DNA of 58,468 bases from a virus (IMGVR_UViG_3300020228_000001:1-58468), one strand, 5' to 3'; positions 28,210 through 39,147 are shown, counted from the first letter of the stretch. A program made the numbers and translations. Notes: a model not told the origin generated them from the letters alone.

Positions 28210-29065
28210 AGTCTCCTAGCTCTTTGATCGTGTGTGACACCCGATTCAGTATCGCGGCTCCCTTAGACGAATCGATTTTATAGAATCCTTGAGATTCCCA
28301 CGACGGGTAATCTGTCCAATTGATTCCTAATAAGAACGTCCACTGGGAAGGATCGGGATCTACAATGTCTCTTATGATCCATTGCTTCTTGTTTATGGAT
28401 TTTAGCTGAATCTTCAGATTCGGATATTTCCCTACAAGTTCGGGTCTTCCGGTCTTTGATCCAAATGCATCCAATCCGTTTCTGATCCGCTTGTAATTTG
28501 TTCCAGAAATTCTTATCAAGATATCCACGAATCGGAAATCTGAGTATTGGCTTATGCTTCTCAGCAAATCAAAACTTGGCAGCCCGTTTGGATCATGATA
28601 GATTAGGCCGTATCTCTTCCCGGTTTTCTGTATTATACCAGGCAAGATTTCACTATGGTTTCCGTTCCATAGCTCAACCAAATCAACGAACTCTGGATAG
28701 TCTTCCCATACACGTTCTCCTAGCTTGGTAAGACTGTCTGCATTGGCTTCGATGAAATGTATCTTTTGACCAAAATCATACTTCTTAGATTCTTCTAAAT
28801 ACAATAGCGGAGAACCTATACAATTAACTTCTTGGTTCCACCCGCTACCGGCGTTGATATCTGCGTATAATATGTCTCTTTGTGCTATTTCACACATCGA
28901 AGACGAATATTCTCCATTTTCGGCCTTGGTTTTGATTCGATTGATGATACTAAGCCATTGGCCGAGCACCTTGGATAGCCCGTATTGTTTCTCTTCGGTG
29001 TGTTTTCCTTGTCCCTGTGGTGACGAAGGAAGGCTATTTATATCGCCAGCTATCTTTGTACTCAT
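28190..29065 (-). CDS. Three-Cys-motif partner protein (TcmP-like, SAM-methyltransferase fold)
   Basis: HT..K...L......W ... LYADINAGSG ... GSP ... FIE ... DPNG motifs; adjacent to a CxxxCxxC domain. Confidence 0.7.
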   Translation of the reverse strand: MSTKIAGDINSLPSSPQGQGKHTEEKQYGLSKVLGQWLSIINRIKTKAENGEYSSSMCEIAQRDILYADINAGSGWNQEVNCIGSPLLYLEESKKYDFGQKIHFIEANADSLTKLGERVWEDYPEFVDLVELWNGNHSEILPGIIQKTGKRYGLIYHDPNGLPSFDLLRSISQYSDFRFVDILIRISGTNYKRIRNGLDAFGSKTGRPELVGKYPNLKIQLKSINKKQWIIRDIVDPDPSQWTFLLGINWTDYPSWESQGFYKIDSSKGAAILNRVSHTIKELGDFGNGKI

Positions 29066-29120
29066 TGTCTAACCAAACCCGCCTGTTGATCGTCGTAAGC
29101 GATTGACAGGCAATTCTTAG

Positions 29121-29264
29121 TTATTCGCTCTCTTCTATTCCGGCCACCTTGAGAACGTACTCTTCCCAGGTCAGCCCCATTGCATCTTTCTTTTTCACCA
29201 GTTTCTTGTGTTCTGCTCTGGTGAAACGTAGATGCACGTTCACCGTATCTGCCTCTCTTGGCAT
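29121..29264 (-). CDS. Small RHH-like regulator
   Basis: Manual translation MPREADTVNVHLRFTRAEHKKLVKKKDAMGLTWEEYVLKVA; TTTATA box (29287-29292) ~23 nt upstream, leaderless. Confidence 0.6.
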   Translation of the reverse strand: MPREADTVNVHLRFTRAEHKKLVKKKDAMGLTWEEYVLKVAGIEESE

Positions 29265-29390
29265 GGACGTATGTATGCACGTATGGTATAAATACCTTTT
29301 CCTCGCTCCCGCTCCTGTAGTCCGGGCACCTCGCCCCCTCGCAGAGAGCCGGGTGGCAAAGGCAGCCGGGTGCGGTGCAGGTGCGCTCGA

Positions 29391-30113
29391 TCATGCCCGC
29401 ACCTCTTCCTTTTCGGCCCATCTATCGAGCCTGGCAGGCAGCGCGGCAACCCTGGCGCGGGCGATCTCTACATATTTGGGGATCTGTTCAATTCCAACAC
29501 AATGCCGCCCCGTCTTCTGGCAGGCAATCGCTGTTGTGCCCGATCCCAGGAACGGATCAAGGACCAGATCACCGGGCTTTGAATATTTCTCCAAAATCTG
29601 CATGAAAAGCTTGACCGGCTTCTGGGTGGGGTGGTATCGCGTTTCTTTGTGCTTCATGTCTTCCTGCAGCATCCCATTCCACCGGAAAACAAATTTTCTT
29701 ACAGCCGTTGGAAACGAGGTCCAAGCAAGCTCACAGTCCGCAAAATCTCCTGAGTTATCCTTATCCCAAACAATCCAGCACGGTGAAGCTGGAAGACCAA
29801 AGAAATTTCCGCCAAAGATTATCTGATTCTTGGACACTCGGACAATCTCAGTGAATGCCTCTGGTGAGAGCGGTGCATCATCCCAGGCAGCGTTGCCATA
29901 ATCGGTTGCTTTTATGATAGTGTTATAATATTTCCCATTACGTTTATCGAATCCTGCAGGTCCGCTTCGTGTTTGGTTTTTTCCAGCCGCTTCCTTGAGT
30001 CCATAAGGCGGATCGGTCAGCACCAGATCAAAACTTTTGTCCGGGAATTGCTTCATCACCTGCAGGCAATCCCCTTCTATGATCCGGTCAAGCTCCGGCG
30101 CAGGCGTGATCAT
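29391..30113 (-). CDS. DNA N4-cytosine/N6-adenine methyltransferase (beta class)
   Basis: TDPPY, HPTQKP and DPFLGSGTT motifs. Confidence 0.92.
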   Translation of the reverse strand: MITPAPELDRIIEGDCLQVMKQFPDKSFDLVLTDPPYGLKEAAGKNQTRSGPAGFDKRNGKYYNTIIKATDYGNAAWDDAPLSPEAFTEIVRVSKNQIIFGGNFFGLPASPCWIVWDKDNSGDFADCELAWTSFPTAVRKFVFRWNGMLQEDMKHKETRYHPTQKPVKLFMQILEKYSKPGDLVLDPFLGSGTTAIACQKTGRHCVGIEQIPKYVEIARARVAALPARLDRWAEKEEVRA

Positions 30114-30267
30114 CCCTTCCGCCCTCCCTTTCTCTTCTCTGCTCGCGTCAGCTTCCTAGGCCTGAAGGAAGGGCAAGCCTGCCCCGCCACCAGAGCCGAG
30201 ACCACTCGGCAAGGCCCGGCCCACCGGCTCGCTGCATCCCAGTAGCATGAACCGCAATCACCGAAGG

Positions 30268-33200
30268 TCATGCCACCATCACCACACGCATTCGATATTG
30301 GTTTCCGTGCTCGACCATCTCCAGCATCTGGAAATAGAAGGCATCCAGATCCTTTGTATCGTTGATTGCGACGTCTGCGAACCTTGCCCCGTCCTGCCCG
30401 GTGATCGGCCCGCCTTGCCCCGCACGCATAACCTGGTGGGCTTCTTGTGCCCTTGCCCGGCGGTCCATGACTCTGCAATAGCAGACCGCGCTTCTCGGCC
30501 CGCTCAAGGGCTCTTCTGCCTTGGCTGCCTCATCCGGAGAGAGAAGGGCGCTCTTGGCCCGCTTCTTTGTGGTGGACTTGAGAAAATTTTTGATTTCCCG
30601 CACCTCTTCAGAACTCATCTTCCGCCCTCCCTTCCGCCGCTCTGGCATTCGATCAGATCCACAGCCAGCGCCTTGAACCGGTGCAGCTCATAGATCTCCT
30701 CCAGCAGCCGGTCCCTATCGGCCAGGACGATCTTCATGAGGTCCGAGCTGGCCCTCCCCAGGAAGGCCCTGGCTGGAATGCAATCATCTATGTCCCTCAT
30801 GGCCGTCCCGTCCTGTAGAAAATATACATCAAAACCGCAATCGGCGTCTGGTAGATCATACCAACTGCTCCGGTTCCGCTTCTCTTTCAAATTCCAGCAA
30901 CCCGTCCGGCGTACATGTAAGACACTGGCCGCTTTCGGTTGCTTGGAATCCTTTTCTTCTGAGCAATCTTCGGGAAAGCACTGAGATCAGATCTAGCGCT
31001 TGTTGATCTGATAATGTGCATCTGCAATGATCAATCTCGATCGCCGTCCACGGCTTCGGCCCCATGATCGCGATTACATGCAGATCGAAATTGTCTGCTT
31101 GAAAATCCGATTGGACGCGATATTTGCGAATTTCATTACTCATTCCCGTCCCTCCATATCGATGGCAGTCAAACCATAATCGAAGCATTGCCGGTGATCA
31201 GAATAATACTGCCTCACCGTCGCCTGAAAGCGAATCTCCGAGCCAGGGAACGGCAACTTTCCTTTCCAGTCACCGAAGGCAATCCAACAGTATGGCTCCT
31301 GACCGGCAACTGTCCTAACATTTTCAAGGATCACATGCCCCTTGGGTCCGACACCGGCAAAATTGGCAACGACTCGCGTCCTCTTGCCTCTGAGCGATGC
31401 CAAGGATGATCTCATGGCCACTCCACCTCAGGATATTCCGCGGCGAGTCTCTTTTTGGCCTCATCGTAGAACCATTGCTCGCCGGGATATTCGGCGCACG
31501 GATATGTGATTAACTCTGAAATTTCATCGATTGCTATTTTTTTCAGTATCTCGATCTGCTTGGCCTGCTCATCGATCCGCACCATGGCAATCGGCAGCGC
31601 CCTGGCCGCCTCCGCTGCCCAATAATCATGATCTACGTAAGGATCACGAGATGCGCATCTTTCGGCGATCTCGCACATATGGGCGAATATTTCCGGGCTC
31701 ATGCCTGCCCTCCCAGTGTAACATTCCAAATGCTGCCGTTCTGCAAAATCGAAACATTGAGCTGCTCGCCTGTGAAATTCAGAAGATGCGAGCCCTGCCC
31801 GCTCGCGTTGCCTGTGATGGACAGCTCAACAGCATGGCCGATCGGCAGCAGCAGGACCAGAGAGACAATGCCGAAGCAGATCGCCAGAGCAGCCAGCCAG
31901 ATATACAGCGGATCGGGCCTCATTCCAGATTCCTCCATGCTTTCAGCTTCCAGCGGCATGAATCACAGAAATCGGACGCCACCATACCCGGATAGCTCCA
32001 CTTCATTTTGAGAATCGCATGAGCGAACCCGTGTGGGAATCTCAATACAATGCCCGCCTGGAGTGGTGCGATACCGACAATTAGGCAGGCTTCGTCTCTG
32101 GTGAGGTGGTGATAGATATCTGTCCGAATCTTTTGGGAATGGGTGAGAGTTATTCGTTGTCGGCCAAGCTTCAGTATGCGAGTCATACCATCCCACCCGA
32201 CCGCATCTCAAGCTCTGCCATGCGATCCCTCAGATACTCGTTCTCCAGCAGGATTCCTGTGAGTGCGTCCGGTGCTGGGTATGGGTCGCTCGCCCGGACT
32301 TTCGTCCTGCCTGCCATATAGATCGTAGTATCGTCATGGACGATCTTGAGCAACCTCGCCCGACCGCACACGGTCTCAACTGAGAGACTGATCTCGATAG
32401 GGGTGCCCTGGTCGAGATCTCGCAGAGCTTCCATGAGGATGCCAAAATTGAAAATACCAGACGCGTAGCCCACCTTTTCTCGCTTTTCGCATTCTGCGAG
32501 AAGATCGGCTGCATGTGCGGAGCTAGTCCGAGCAGGGCGAGCCGTGACAAGCACATTTTCGACGAACGATACTTCTCGCTCGCCTATGATGAATCGATCT
32601 GGATTCATGCTGTCGTGCTCCTCTCGGCCCGGATCTGCCCGGTGATGCAGCCCACTATGACTCGCTCGCCCATGTAGCCCCAGAGCGATGCAGAGAGCAC
32701 CTTGGGCAGCTCGATCAGCTCATCTGCGATCCTGGCGAGAACGAAGTCCTCGCCATCAGGCTCGATGACATCCGAGAGCTTCCCGACGATGATATCCAGC
32801 TCTCGGAGGCGGCTAGGTGTGCCTGGAACGAAAGCTTTTTCTAGAACCGCATCTACAGAAGATGCCACTGCCTAGGCCTCCTCTGTGAGGGGGATGTCTG
32901 GGCAATCATTGCCCATTTTCTTTTGCTTCTGTTCGCGAGGATGCACCAGAGTCTCTTCGCGCAGGTAGAGTTTCCCGCGCGCCCCTAATTCATGTATCCT
33001 GCGCTTGATTGTGTCTCGCGATGGTGCCTTTACGCCACTCGGCACGAGCCCCAAAACAGTATCAATAGTCTTTGTGATGGTCTGGCCCGGTTGAGCTCTG
33101 ATCGAGGCCAAAATTATATCGTCCAATGCAGATTGTTTTCCGTTCATTGCCCACCTCTTTTGCAAGGTGGAGCCACGAGCCGCAACTTTCAGAGCCGATA

Positions 33201-34180
33201 GATACATATTCTCGCGCTGCTAGTTGCAACTACCGGGACGAAGCTGCAAAAGTTTGGCGACCTACACAGCTTTGCCCTGGGCTCTTTCTTGCTATGCTTC
33301 TACTGTTCAATTGTGCTTTTTCATGATATACCTTTTCATCTATGCTACTATGCCGCGCGTGGAGTGAAAGTGTCCTATTCGTCGATGCACTGATCACTTT
33401 CGACCCAGTTTTTTAAGCCATATTTGGCCATCTCTTCAGCGGCTTCCGCCGCCGTTTTGAAGCTCTCGCCGTTGACCCAGAACATCCCATTTGCCGGGCT
33501 GTATCCTGCCCAATTGTAATCAGAATCGATCTTTGGATTCTGAAAGCTTATCACATGATTTTGTCCAAGTTTCTCAATTATTTCGTCAATTTTCATTTTC
33601 AAGTCGCCCCCCATTCAGCCTTTAGAGCCGCATCGGCTGCCCGGAGCTTGCAGAGTATGTCGGCCATGTCAGATCCGGCGCACGATATCTCCCAATTGTA
33701 CCCCTTCGTGTTTTTCTCCAGCTTGATTTTCAAGGGCTCCACTGAAGCCCCATAAATATGCTCTACCACTATATTGGCAGGCAGTTCTTTTTCGCACATC
33801 TTATTCTTCCTCCGCTCTTGGTTGCCATTGGGGGCAGCTATCCGACTCATGGCTGGCCGCCCCGTATGTTTTACAAAATCCAATATCAGCCGGGCCTTTG
33901 AAATCATCCGGCGGGAATTGGTAGGCGGCGCATGTATCGCATCGCTTCATTGCATCGCCCTCTGGAGTGCAAGCAGGTCACAGTAGCCGCCGCGAATCTC
34001 TACAATATGCTCGCGGCTCGCGTCGGATGCCCCGGCCACAAAAGGATAGTCCACCTCGAAGGGCGCCGCCAGAACTCCGATCCGCCCGACCTTGAGCCCG
34101 AACGCCCGGAACTTCTCAGCGGCTTCCTCGATAGTGAAAACATGTTCACTTCCGTTTACGACCTTAACCTTGCCTTGCAT
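30268..34180 (-). other. Cluster of ~13 small, mostly translationally coupled hypothetical (early) genes, e.g. 30268-30618, 30615-30890, 30856-31143, 31140-31415, 31412-31702, 31699-31923, 31920-32186, 32183-32608, 32605-32868, 33947-34180
   Basis: Chain of ATGA overlaps downstream of the leftward TATA promoter at ~34205. Confidence 0.6.
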
Positions 34181-34182
34181 AC

Positions 34183-34273
34183 GCTAACTACAACGCATTA
34201 GTATATAAAGATTGCGTAGAATGCGTAGAATGCGTAGATAACTTAAAATACCAAGCATGCGTTTGTTGTTGTT
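34183..34273. promoter_or_regulatory. Divergent promoter/genetic switch with three 9-bp TGCGTAGA(A/T) repeats
   Basis: Leftward TTATATA (34202-34208), rightward TTAAAA (~34243); repeats at 34213, 34222, 34231. Confidence 0.7.
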
Positions 34274-34417
34274 ATGGTGCAAAAACGTCTATCAGTGGTC
34301 GTGAGCGAAGAAGCTTGGACCGTATTGAAAGAGTACCAAGAAAAGAACAAAATCGGAACGCGTGATGAGGCAGTCGAGACCTTCCTCCTCGCTCATCGAG
34401 GAGGTGAATTGAAATGA
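34274..34417 (+). CDS. RHH-like repressor
   Basis: Manual translation MVQKRLSVVVSEEAWTVLKEYQEKNKIGTRDEAVETFL. Confidence 0.65.
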   Translation: MVQKRLSVVVSEEAWTVLKEYQEKNKIGTRDEAVETFLLAHRGGELK

Positions 34418-34578
34418 AGTTCTGTGAATATTGCCAGCGCAATGTGAAACCTAAAAAGGACTGGTCGTGGCTTGGATTCTGCGTAGGGGTAGGCATCTTC
34501 TATATACCTTGGTATTTCGCGAAGGCACCACACTGCCCGATATGCAACGCGAAAATGGGAATGCTCAAGAAAGACTGA
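34414..34578 (+). CDS. LITAF-like zinc-ribbon membrane protein
   Basis: MKFCEYCQRNV.P...hydrophobic segment...CPICN; GGAGGTGA SD. Confidence 0.6.
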   Translation: MKFCEYCQRNVKPKKDWSWLGFCVGVGIFYIPWYFAKAPHCPICNAKMGMLKKD

Positions 34579-34645
34579 TTACCGTAAAAGCATCACTGCC
34601 CCCGGATGCAAAAACTAGATATACCGTACTCGCGCATAGAAGAGT

Positions 34646-35155
34646 ATGCCGCCAGAACGCTACAGAGACCGAACCCTGACGATCTATTTTCCCACCAATG
34701 ATGAATACCAAGAACTGAAGCAATCGGCAATTGCCGCAAAGACAAAAGAGTCTCTTTTCGCCCGCGAAATGATCCGAACCGGGATGCAGTACCATACCCT
34801 TTCTCCAAACATTCCAGCGATCCGCGAAGCCGCCCAATCTCGGGAGGCTCTCACCATGGCCCGGCGCTCTCTGAAGGATTCCGAAGCGGCCAGGCTGAAG
34901 CTGGAGACTGAGATCTTCGCCCTGAAAGGTTCCCTCTTCTTGCAGCCCACCCCAGAAGGCCGGGGCTCGCTTTCCTCCGAACTGATAGACCTTCTCCAGG
35001 ATGGCCGGGTCTGGCGCTCCGCTGAGATCATGGGCGCCCTTGGGATCGACGCCAAGAACATCGATGCCCTCAAAGTCCTGGCCGGGCAGCTCCATGCCCT
35101 CCAGGACCTCAAGATGATCGAGGAGACTGTGAAGGGGTGGAGGTGGATAGAATGA
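34646..35155 (+). CDS. Integrase-associated DNA-binding protein (RHH-like N-terminus, wHTH C-terminus)
   Basis: TLTIYFP....K..A ... coiled coil ... LIDLL...AEIM.ALGI ... GWRW. Confidence 0.55.
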   Translation: MPPERYRDRTLTIYFPTNDEYQELKQSAIAAKTKESLFAREMIRTGMQYHTLSPNIPAIREAAQSREALTMARRSLKDSEAARLKLETEIFALKGSLFLQPTPEGRGSLSSELIDLLQDGRVWRSAEIMGALGIDAKNIDALKVLAGQLHALQDLKMIEETVKGWRWIE

Positions 35156-35317
35156 CCCCCGATGAATCGATAGCAATTGTAAGAGCGTTAGCGGCGAGTG
35201 ATCCGTTTTTCGATAATGATATGGGAGAACTTGTTTGTGCGTTGTGTGGTGGCGATTGGGCGCACGAAGCGAATTGTTTGGTCGAGCGAGCAAAACGATG
35301 TGTCGAGATATGGGAAA

Positions 35318-36229
35318 ATGAACTCTGATCTCCTCGCCGCCTTTGTGGCCGATCAGCGCTTGCGCCGCCTCGCCCCCGGCACGATACAAACCAGTTCGGC
35401 CCGCATCCGGGCATATCTATCCTACTGCGAGAAAGTCGGGCTAGATCCTCTACAGGCCGGTAGGGAGGTCTTCCTGAAGTATCTCCAATATCGCCAGGAG
35501 CGAGGTGTCAGGCACGGCACCCTGAAGGGCGATTTCTCGGCACTCTCCAGCTTCTACGAGCTTCTGGAGGAGCAGGGAAAGAGCCGCTCCGCTCAAGAGG
35601 TAGGAGCTATTCGAAAAAAGTATCTCAGGCAGTACAAGCCTGATGCCGAAGAGCGGCAGATAATCAGCATCGAGCAGGCCGCTTCCATGGTAGCCGGGAC
35701 GATCGACACCAGGGACCGGGCTATTCTGCTCCTGCTGCTGAAGACAGGCATGAGAAGAGGAGAGATGGCTACATTGGATGTAGCGGATGTATCCCTGGAG
35801 GGATTGAGTATCAGACTGAAGCCCACGGGAAAGCGCAGCAACCGCCTGGTTTTCTTCGACGAAGAGGCAAAAGAAGCGCTCTCGAGGTGGCTCAAGGCCA
35901 GGGCGAGAAGGGCAGGATCTGAGCCGGCGCTCTTCCTGGCACCGGACGGCCAGCGGCTAGGCTACCGCGGGATCTGGTCTGCGGTGGTCCGGGCAGCGGC
36001 CAGGGCCGGGCTGCACGACCCGGCGAGCGAAAAGCTGGAGGAGCGCTTCGGGCCGCATTGCTGCCGGCACTGGAACGCCACCCACCTCCTGCGTGCCGGG
36101 ATGCCAAGAGAATACATGCAGTGGCTCAGAGGCGATGCCCGGCGGGATGCAATCGATATCTACAACCACATTGACCCGGAAGATGTCAGGCGGGCCTACT
36201 TGGTGAATATCCCCCTGCTCGGTATCTAG
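35318..36229 (+). CDS. int: Tyrosine recombinase/integrase
   Basis: TGMRRGE, HCCRH, LRGD and IYNH catalytic motifs; likely start MNSDLL. Confidence 0.92.
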   Translation: MNSDLLAAFVADQRLRRLAPGTIQTSSARIRAYLSYCEKVGLDPLQAGREVFLKYLQYRQERGVRHGTLKGDFSALSSFYELLEEQGKSRSAQEVGAIRKKYLRQYKPDAEERQIISIEQAASMVAGTIDTRDRAILLLLLKTGMRRGEMATLDVADVSLEGLSIRLKPTGKRSNRLVFFDEEAKEALSRWLKARARRAGSEPALFLAPDGQRLGYRGIWSAVVRAAARAGLHDPASEKLEERFGPHCCRHWNATHLLRAGMPREYMQWLRGDARRDAIDIYNHIDPEDVRRAYLVNIPLLGI

Positions 36230-36274
36230 GCGAGTACAAAAGGGCCAAATCGGAGCTCCCGCAGCAGCCCTAAT

Positions 36275-36472
36275 TTAGTCCTTTTGTCCACGCGAGAGCA
36301 CCGCAGCGACGTGCTCTCTCCAAGCCTCTGCCGATAGCCCCAGACAGATCCCGCAGTCCGCCTTTTTCTCGCGGCAGAGATGATAGGCAGGACACTCCTG
36401 CACCGCTTCCGCTGTCGGCTTGGACACTTTCGCAGCCTTCTCTTTTGGCTGCGGCTTCTTTTTGGGCGCCAT
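36275..36472 (-). CDS. Small Cys-containing hypothetical protein
   Basis: 65 aa; last gene of the late operon. Confidence 0.45.
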   Translation of the reverse strand: MAPKKKPQPKEKAAKVSKPTAEAVQECPAYHLCREKKADCGICLGLSAEAWREHVAAVLSRGQKD

Positions 36473-36476
36473 CTGC

Positions 36477-36686
36477 CTAGCCGCCCCTCATCTCTGCGTC
36501 TCTGCCTACCAGGATCTCGACAGTCGCGTCCAGTGTGGCCCCGTCATTCTTGAGGTAGAGGACCTCAACCGATTCGCCCAGGAGCCCGATCTGGCCAGGC
36601 CCCAGGAACAATAGCGGGCCGGTCATTGCGATCCAGTCAGGGACGGCATCCGCCCCGTCTACATCAGTGCCTTGATATCCTACCAT
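36477..36686 (-). CDS. C-terminal half of a structural protein paralogous to 37287-37670
   Basis: GPLLFLGPGQIGLLG...DATVEILVGRDA matches GPLTLIGVGQVALLG...DANVQIIVIRNA. Confidence 0.55.
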   Translation of the reverse strand: MVGYQGTDVDGADAVPDWIAMTGPLLFLGPGQIGLLGESVEVLYLKNDGATLDATVEILVGRDAEMRGG

Positions 36687-36698
36687 GATTACTTCTCC

Positions 36699-37277
36699 CT
36701 ACGCCGGCGTCCCTGGGGCCGTTCCCATTTTCAGCATTTCTGTCATGTCGTTCGACGTGCCTCGGGTAATCCGCACCTTGGAGCTTGCTCCCGTGGTGCC
36801 GCTGGTGCAGGTGTATATGGTCGTGTAGGCGAAGGTCACGGCTGCGTAAGCCCCGCCCAGTGCCTGGATAGCTGACTCAATAGCAGCAGCGATCTCTGAG
36901 CCGGAGTCCAGCAACGTGGCATCGACGGTGATCTCGCTGTAGTCGTCCTCGTCATCAACCATGATCTTCATTTTCGCGCCAGTCAGGAGCGAGCTGATGT
37001 CAGTTGATGGTGACGCGGCAGATATGTGGGTCCCCGCCGTGGCCGGATACTCGATGTGACTGGCATAATACAGATCTGCATAGTTGTCGGACTTCATAAA
37101 GAGCAACTGCATGGCGAACGGAGCCACGGGCTGCAGGTCCGCAATGACGGTGCCGGATGTCTTGGGCACCGGGATCCCCAACACGTCAATAGCCCCGACG
37201 TTCACCGTGGCCTCCTCCGAGATGATGGGCCCCCCTTCGGCCTGGATTCCCAGGCTGTAAGCGATGGGTATCGTCAT
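36699..37277 (-). CDS. N-terminal half of a structural protein paralogous to 37287-37670, with an inserted domain
   Basis: GGP...DLQP...SDNY.DL.Y shared with the paralog; ends at an in-frame TAG. Confidence 0.6.
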   Translation of the reverse strand: MTIPIAYSLGIQAEGGPIISEEATVNVGAIDVLGIPVPKTSGTVIADLQPVAPFAMQLLFMKSDNYADLYYASHIEYPATAGTHISAASPSTDISSLLTGAKMKIMVDDEDDYSEITVDATLLDSGSEIAAAIESAIQALGGAYAAVTFAYTTIYTCTSGTTGASSKVRITRGTSNDMTEMLKMGTAPGTPA

Positions 37278-37286
37278 ACTGCCCGC

Positions 37287-37670
37287 CTACAGGCCGGAAT
37301 CGACAGCGTTTCGTATGACAATAATCTGGACATTGGCATCGAGCACCGTGCCGGCATTGAAGAAGGCGAACACGTTGCAGGTTGCCCCAAGCAGCGCCAC
37401 CTGACCCACCCCAATGAGCGTGAGCGGGCCGTCCAGCGTGTTGGGCGCGCCTGAATCAACTTGATACGTCAGATCCTCGTAATTGTCGGACGTGATCATT
37501 ATCGCCAGCACGTCTCCGGGATCGCCAGGTTGGATATCCACCAGAGCAGATCCTTCTGCCGCGACGACGAACTGATTGACATCGTACGCCTCAGCCTCGA
37601 AATGATCATCAACCAGCTTAGACGGTCCGCCAGTGACAATCAGTTCACTTCTCCAATTTACAGTAAGCAT
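37287..37670 (-). CDS. Putative structural protein
   Basis: 127 aa with GAGGTG SD, in the late operon. Confidence 0.6.
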   Translation of the reverse strand: MLTVNWRSELIVTGGPSKLVDDHFEAEAYDVNQFVVAAEGSALVDIQPGDPGDVLAIMITSDNYEDLTYQVDSGAPNTLDGPLTLIGVGQVALLGATCNVFAFFNAGTVLDANVQIIVIRNAVDSGL

Positions 37671-37703
37671 TTTTACACCTCGAAATATGATAGAAAATAG
37701 AAT

Positions 37704-39140
37704 TTAAGCTGCCTCAGTGACAGCTACGGTTCCGACTTCCAGCCGCTCATCGGACTCCACATCAACATGCTCTCCGAATCCGGTTATTGTGGAGCCCTTA
37801 CAGGTGACTGAGAAGCTTGATACATCATCGATGCCCAAGAAGGCGCGGGATGTCGCATAGTCGATGTATATGTATTTTGTCAGGTCCGCGAACTGCAGCT
37901 CCTCCCCGATCCGGTAGCTGGCCAGCTTTGCCTCCAGGGAGGCCTGGATGTTGTCGAGCAGGTCTGCCTCAGGCGTGGCTGTGAGGACCAGCTCCAGGGA
38001 TATGTCCACCTCCTGGAGCTCCGGGCTTACGTAACCTCTCGGGTACGTGCCCCGCATCATGAAAATATCAAAGCTCAGGGTGCCGGCATAGCTGGAAGAG
38101 ACGATCTTGGTAGCCAGCAGGAAGCCCTCTTCCTGCACCGCCTGAACTGTCGTTCCGGCCGGTGATAGGGCTGGGATCGTGGCCCTGCCTGCCTTCCCGG
38201 TCGCCGTGGATGTGTCGTACACGAACGGCACCGAGACCTCGGTGGGGCAGAATTGCAGAGTCCTAACCCAGACAGGAGCTCCGGCAGTGTCCCCGATCTC
38301 AAACAGTGGCGCACCGTCTCGGAGGCTTGCACCCAAGACACCCGGCGCCGTGCAGCCGGCTGCCAGGTTGTCGAGCACCATGTCATCTATATCATCATCA
38401 ATGTCTCCAACAGCATCGATCACCAGCAGAACGTCACCCTGCCCCAGTGTCTGGACATGAGCCTCCCGGACCCCTGCCACGCCGTCTATGTGCTCTTCCA
38501 TGAGTGGGACGGTAGCCCGGCCATTCACCCAGATAGTATAGAGGGCCCTCTCCCGGAGATCCGTGTCCGACTCCTGGTCAGTACCGCCCGTGAAAGGCGA
38601 GTCGTTGGTGACTGTCTGGATTCCGACAATGGGCGTGCGGATGATATTGACTAGCCCGGTGCTGACGTTGCCTGTCGTACCGGAGGCCAGGGCGGTGGCG
38701 TAGGCATAGGCCTGCACATCCCCGATCCCCAGGGTAACGGCATCATCGACCGAGAATTGCAGCAGCGTGCCGTCATCGGCCAGAGCGGCGCAGATGGTGC
38801 CGGCTGGGATTATGATAGCACTCAGAGCAGCGGTGGGCCGGGAGAAGGTGAGCACTCCCATGGCGCGGATGCCAGGCTGTCGCCCTTCTGGCAACATCGA
38901 CAGAACGATAGCAGAGAGCGCCGCGCCGGTCGCGGTGAGGATGGAAGAGTCGCGGACTTTGGTTTTGAGCAATTGTATAAAAATCCAAAATTCTGATGCT
39001 ATGGCCTCTGCTAAAATACTGTTGAAAGTGGCAACAGAACGATCCTGTAGCAGTGGATCCCTGGTGGTCAGGAAATCTAACCAGTCCTCGTAAATGTCAT
39101 TAGCACTGTAATTAAGAAATTCCGTAAAATCCTGCGCCAT
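37704..39140 (-). CDS. Baseplate J/gp47-like wedge protein
   Basis: TATG.AL, IPAGT, G..GNV and GGTDQESDTDLRER motifs. Confidence 0.88.
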   Translation of the reverse strand: MAQDFTEFLNYSANDIYEDWLDFLTTRDPLLQDRSVATFNSILAEAIASEFWIFIQLLKTKVRDSSILTATGAALSAIVLSMLPEGRQPGIRAMGVLTFSRPTAALSAIIIPAGTICAALADDGTLLQFSVDDAVTLGIGDVQAYAYATALASGTTGNVSTGLVNIIRTPIVGIQTVTNDSPFTGGTDQESDTDLRERALYTIWVNGRATVPLMEEHIDGVAGVREAHVQTLGQGDVLLVIDAVGDIDDDIDDMVLDNLAAGCTAPGVLGASLRDGAPLFEIGDTAGAPVWVRTLQFCPTEVSVPFVYDTSTATGKAGRATIPALSPAGTTVQAVQEEGFLLATKIVSSSYAGTLSFDIFMMRGTYPRGYVSPELQEVDISLELVLTATPEADLLDNIQASLEAKLASYRIGEELQFADLTKYIYIDYATSRAFLGIDDVSSFSVTCKGSTITGFGEHVDVESDERLEVGTVAVTEAA

Positions 39141-39147
39141 TTAAACC

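Noticed and set aside
36230-36274. attP site downstream of the integrase
   Set aside because: No recognisable tRNA-derived core; cannot be assigned without the host genome
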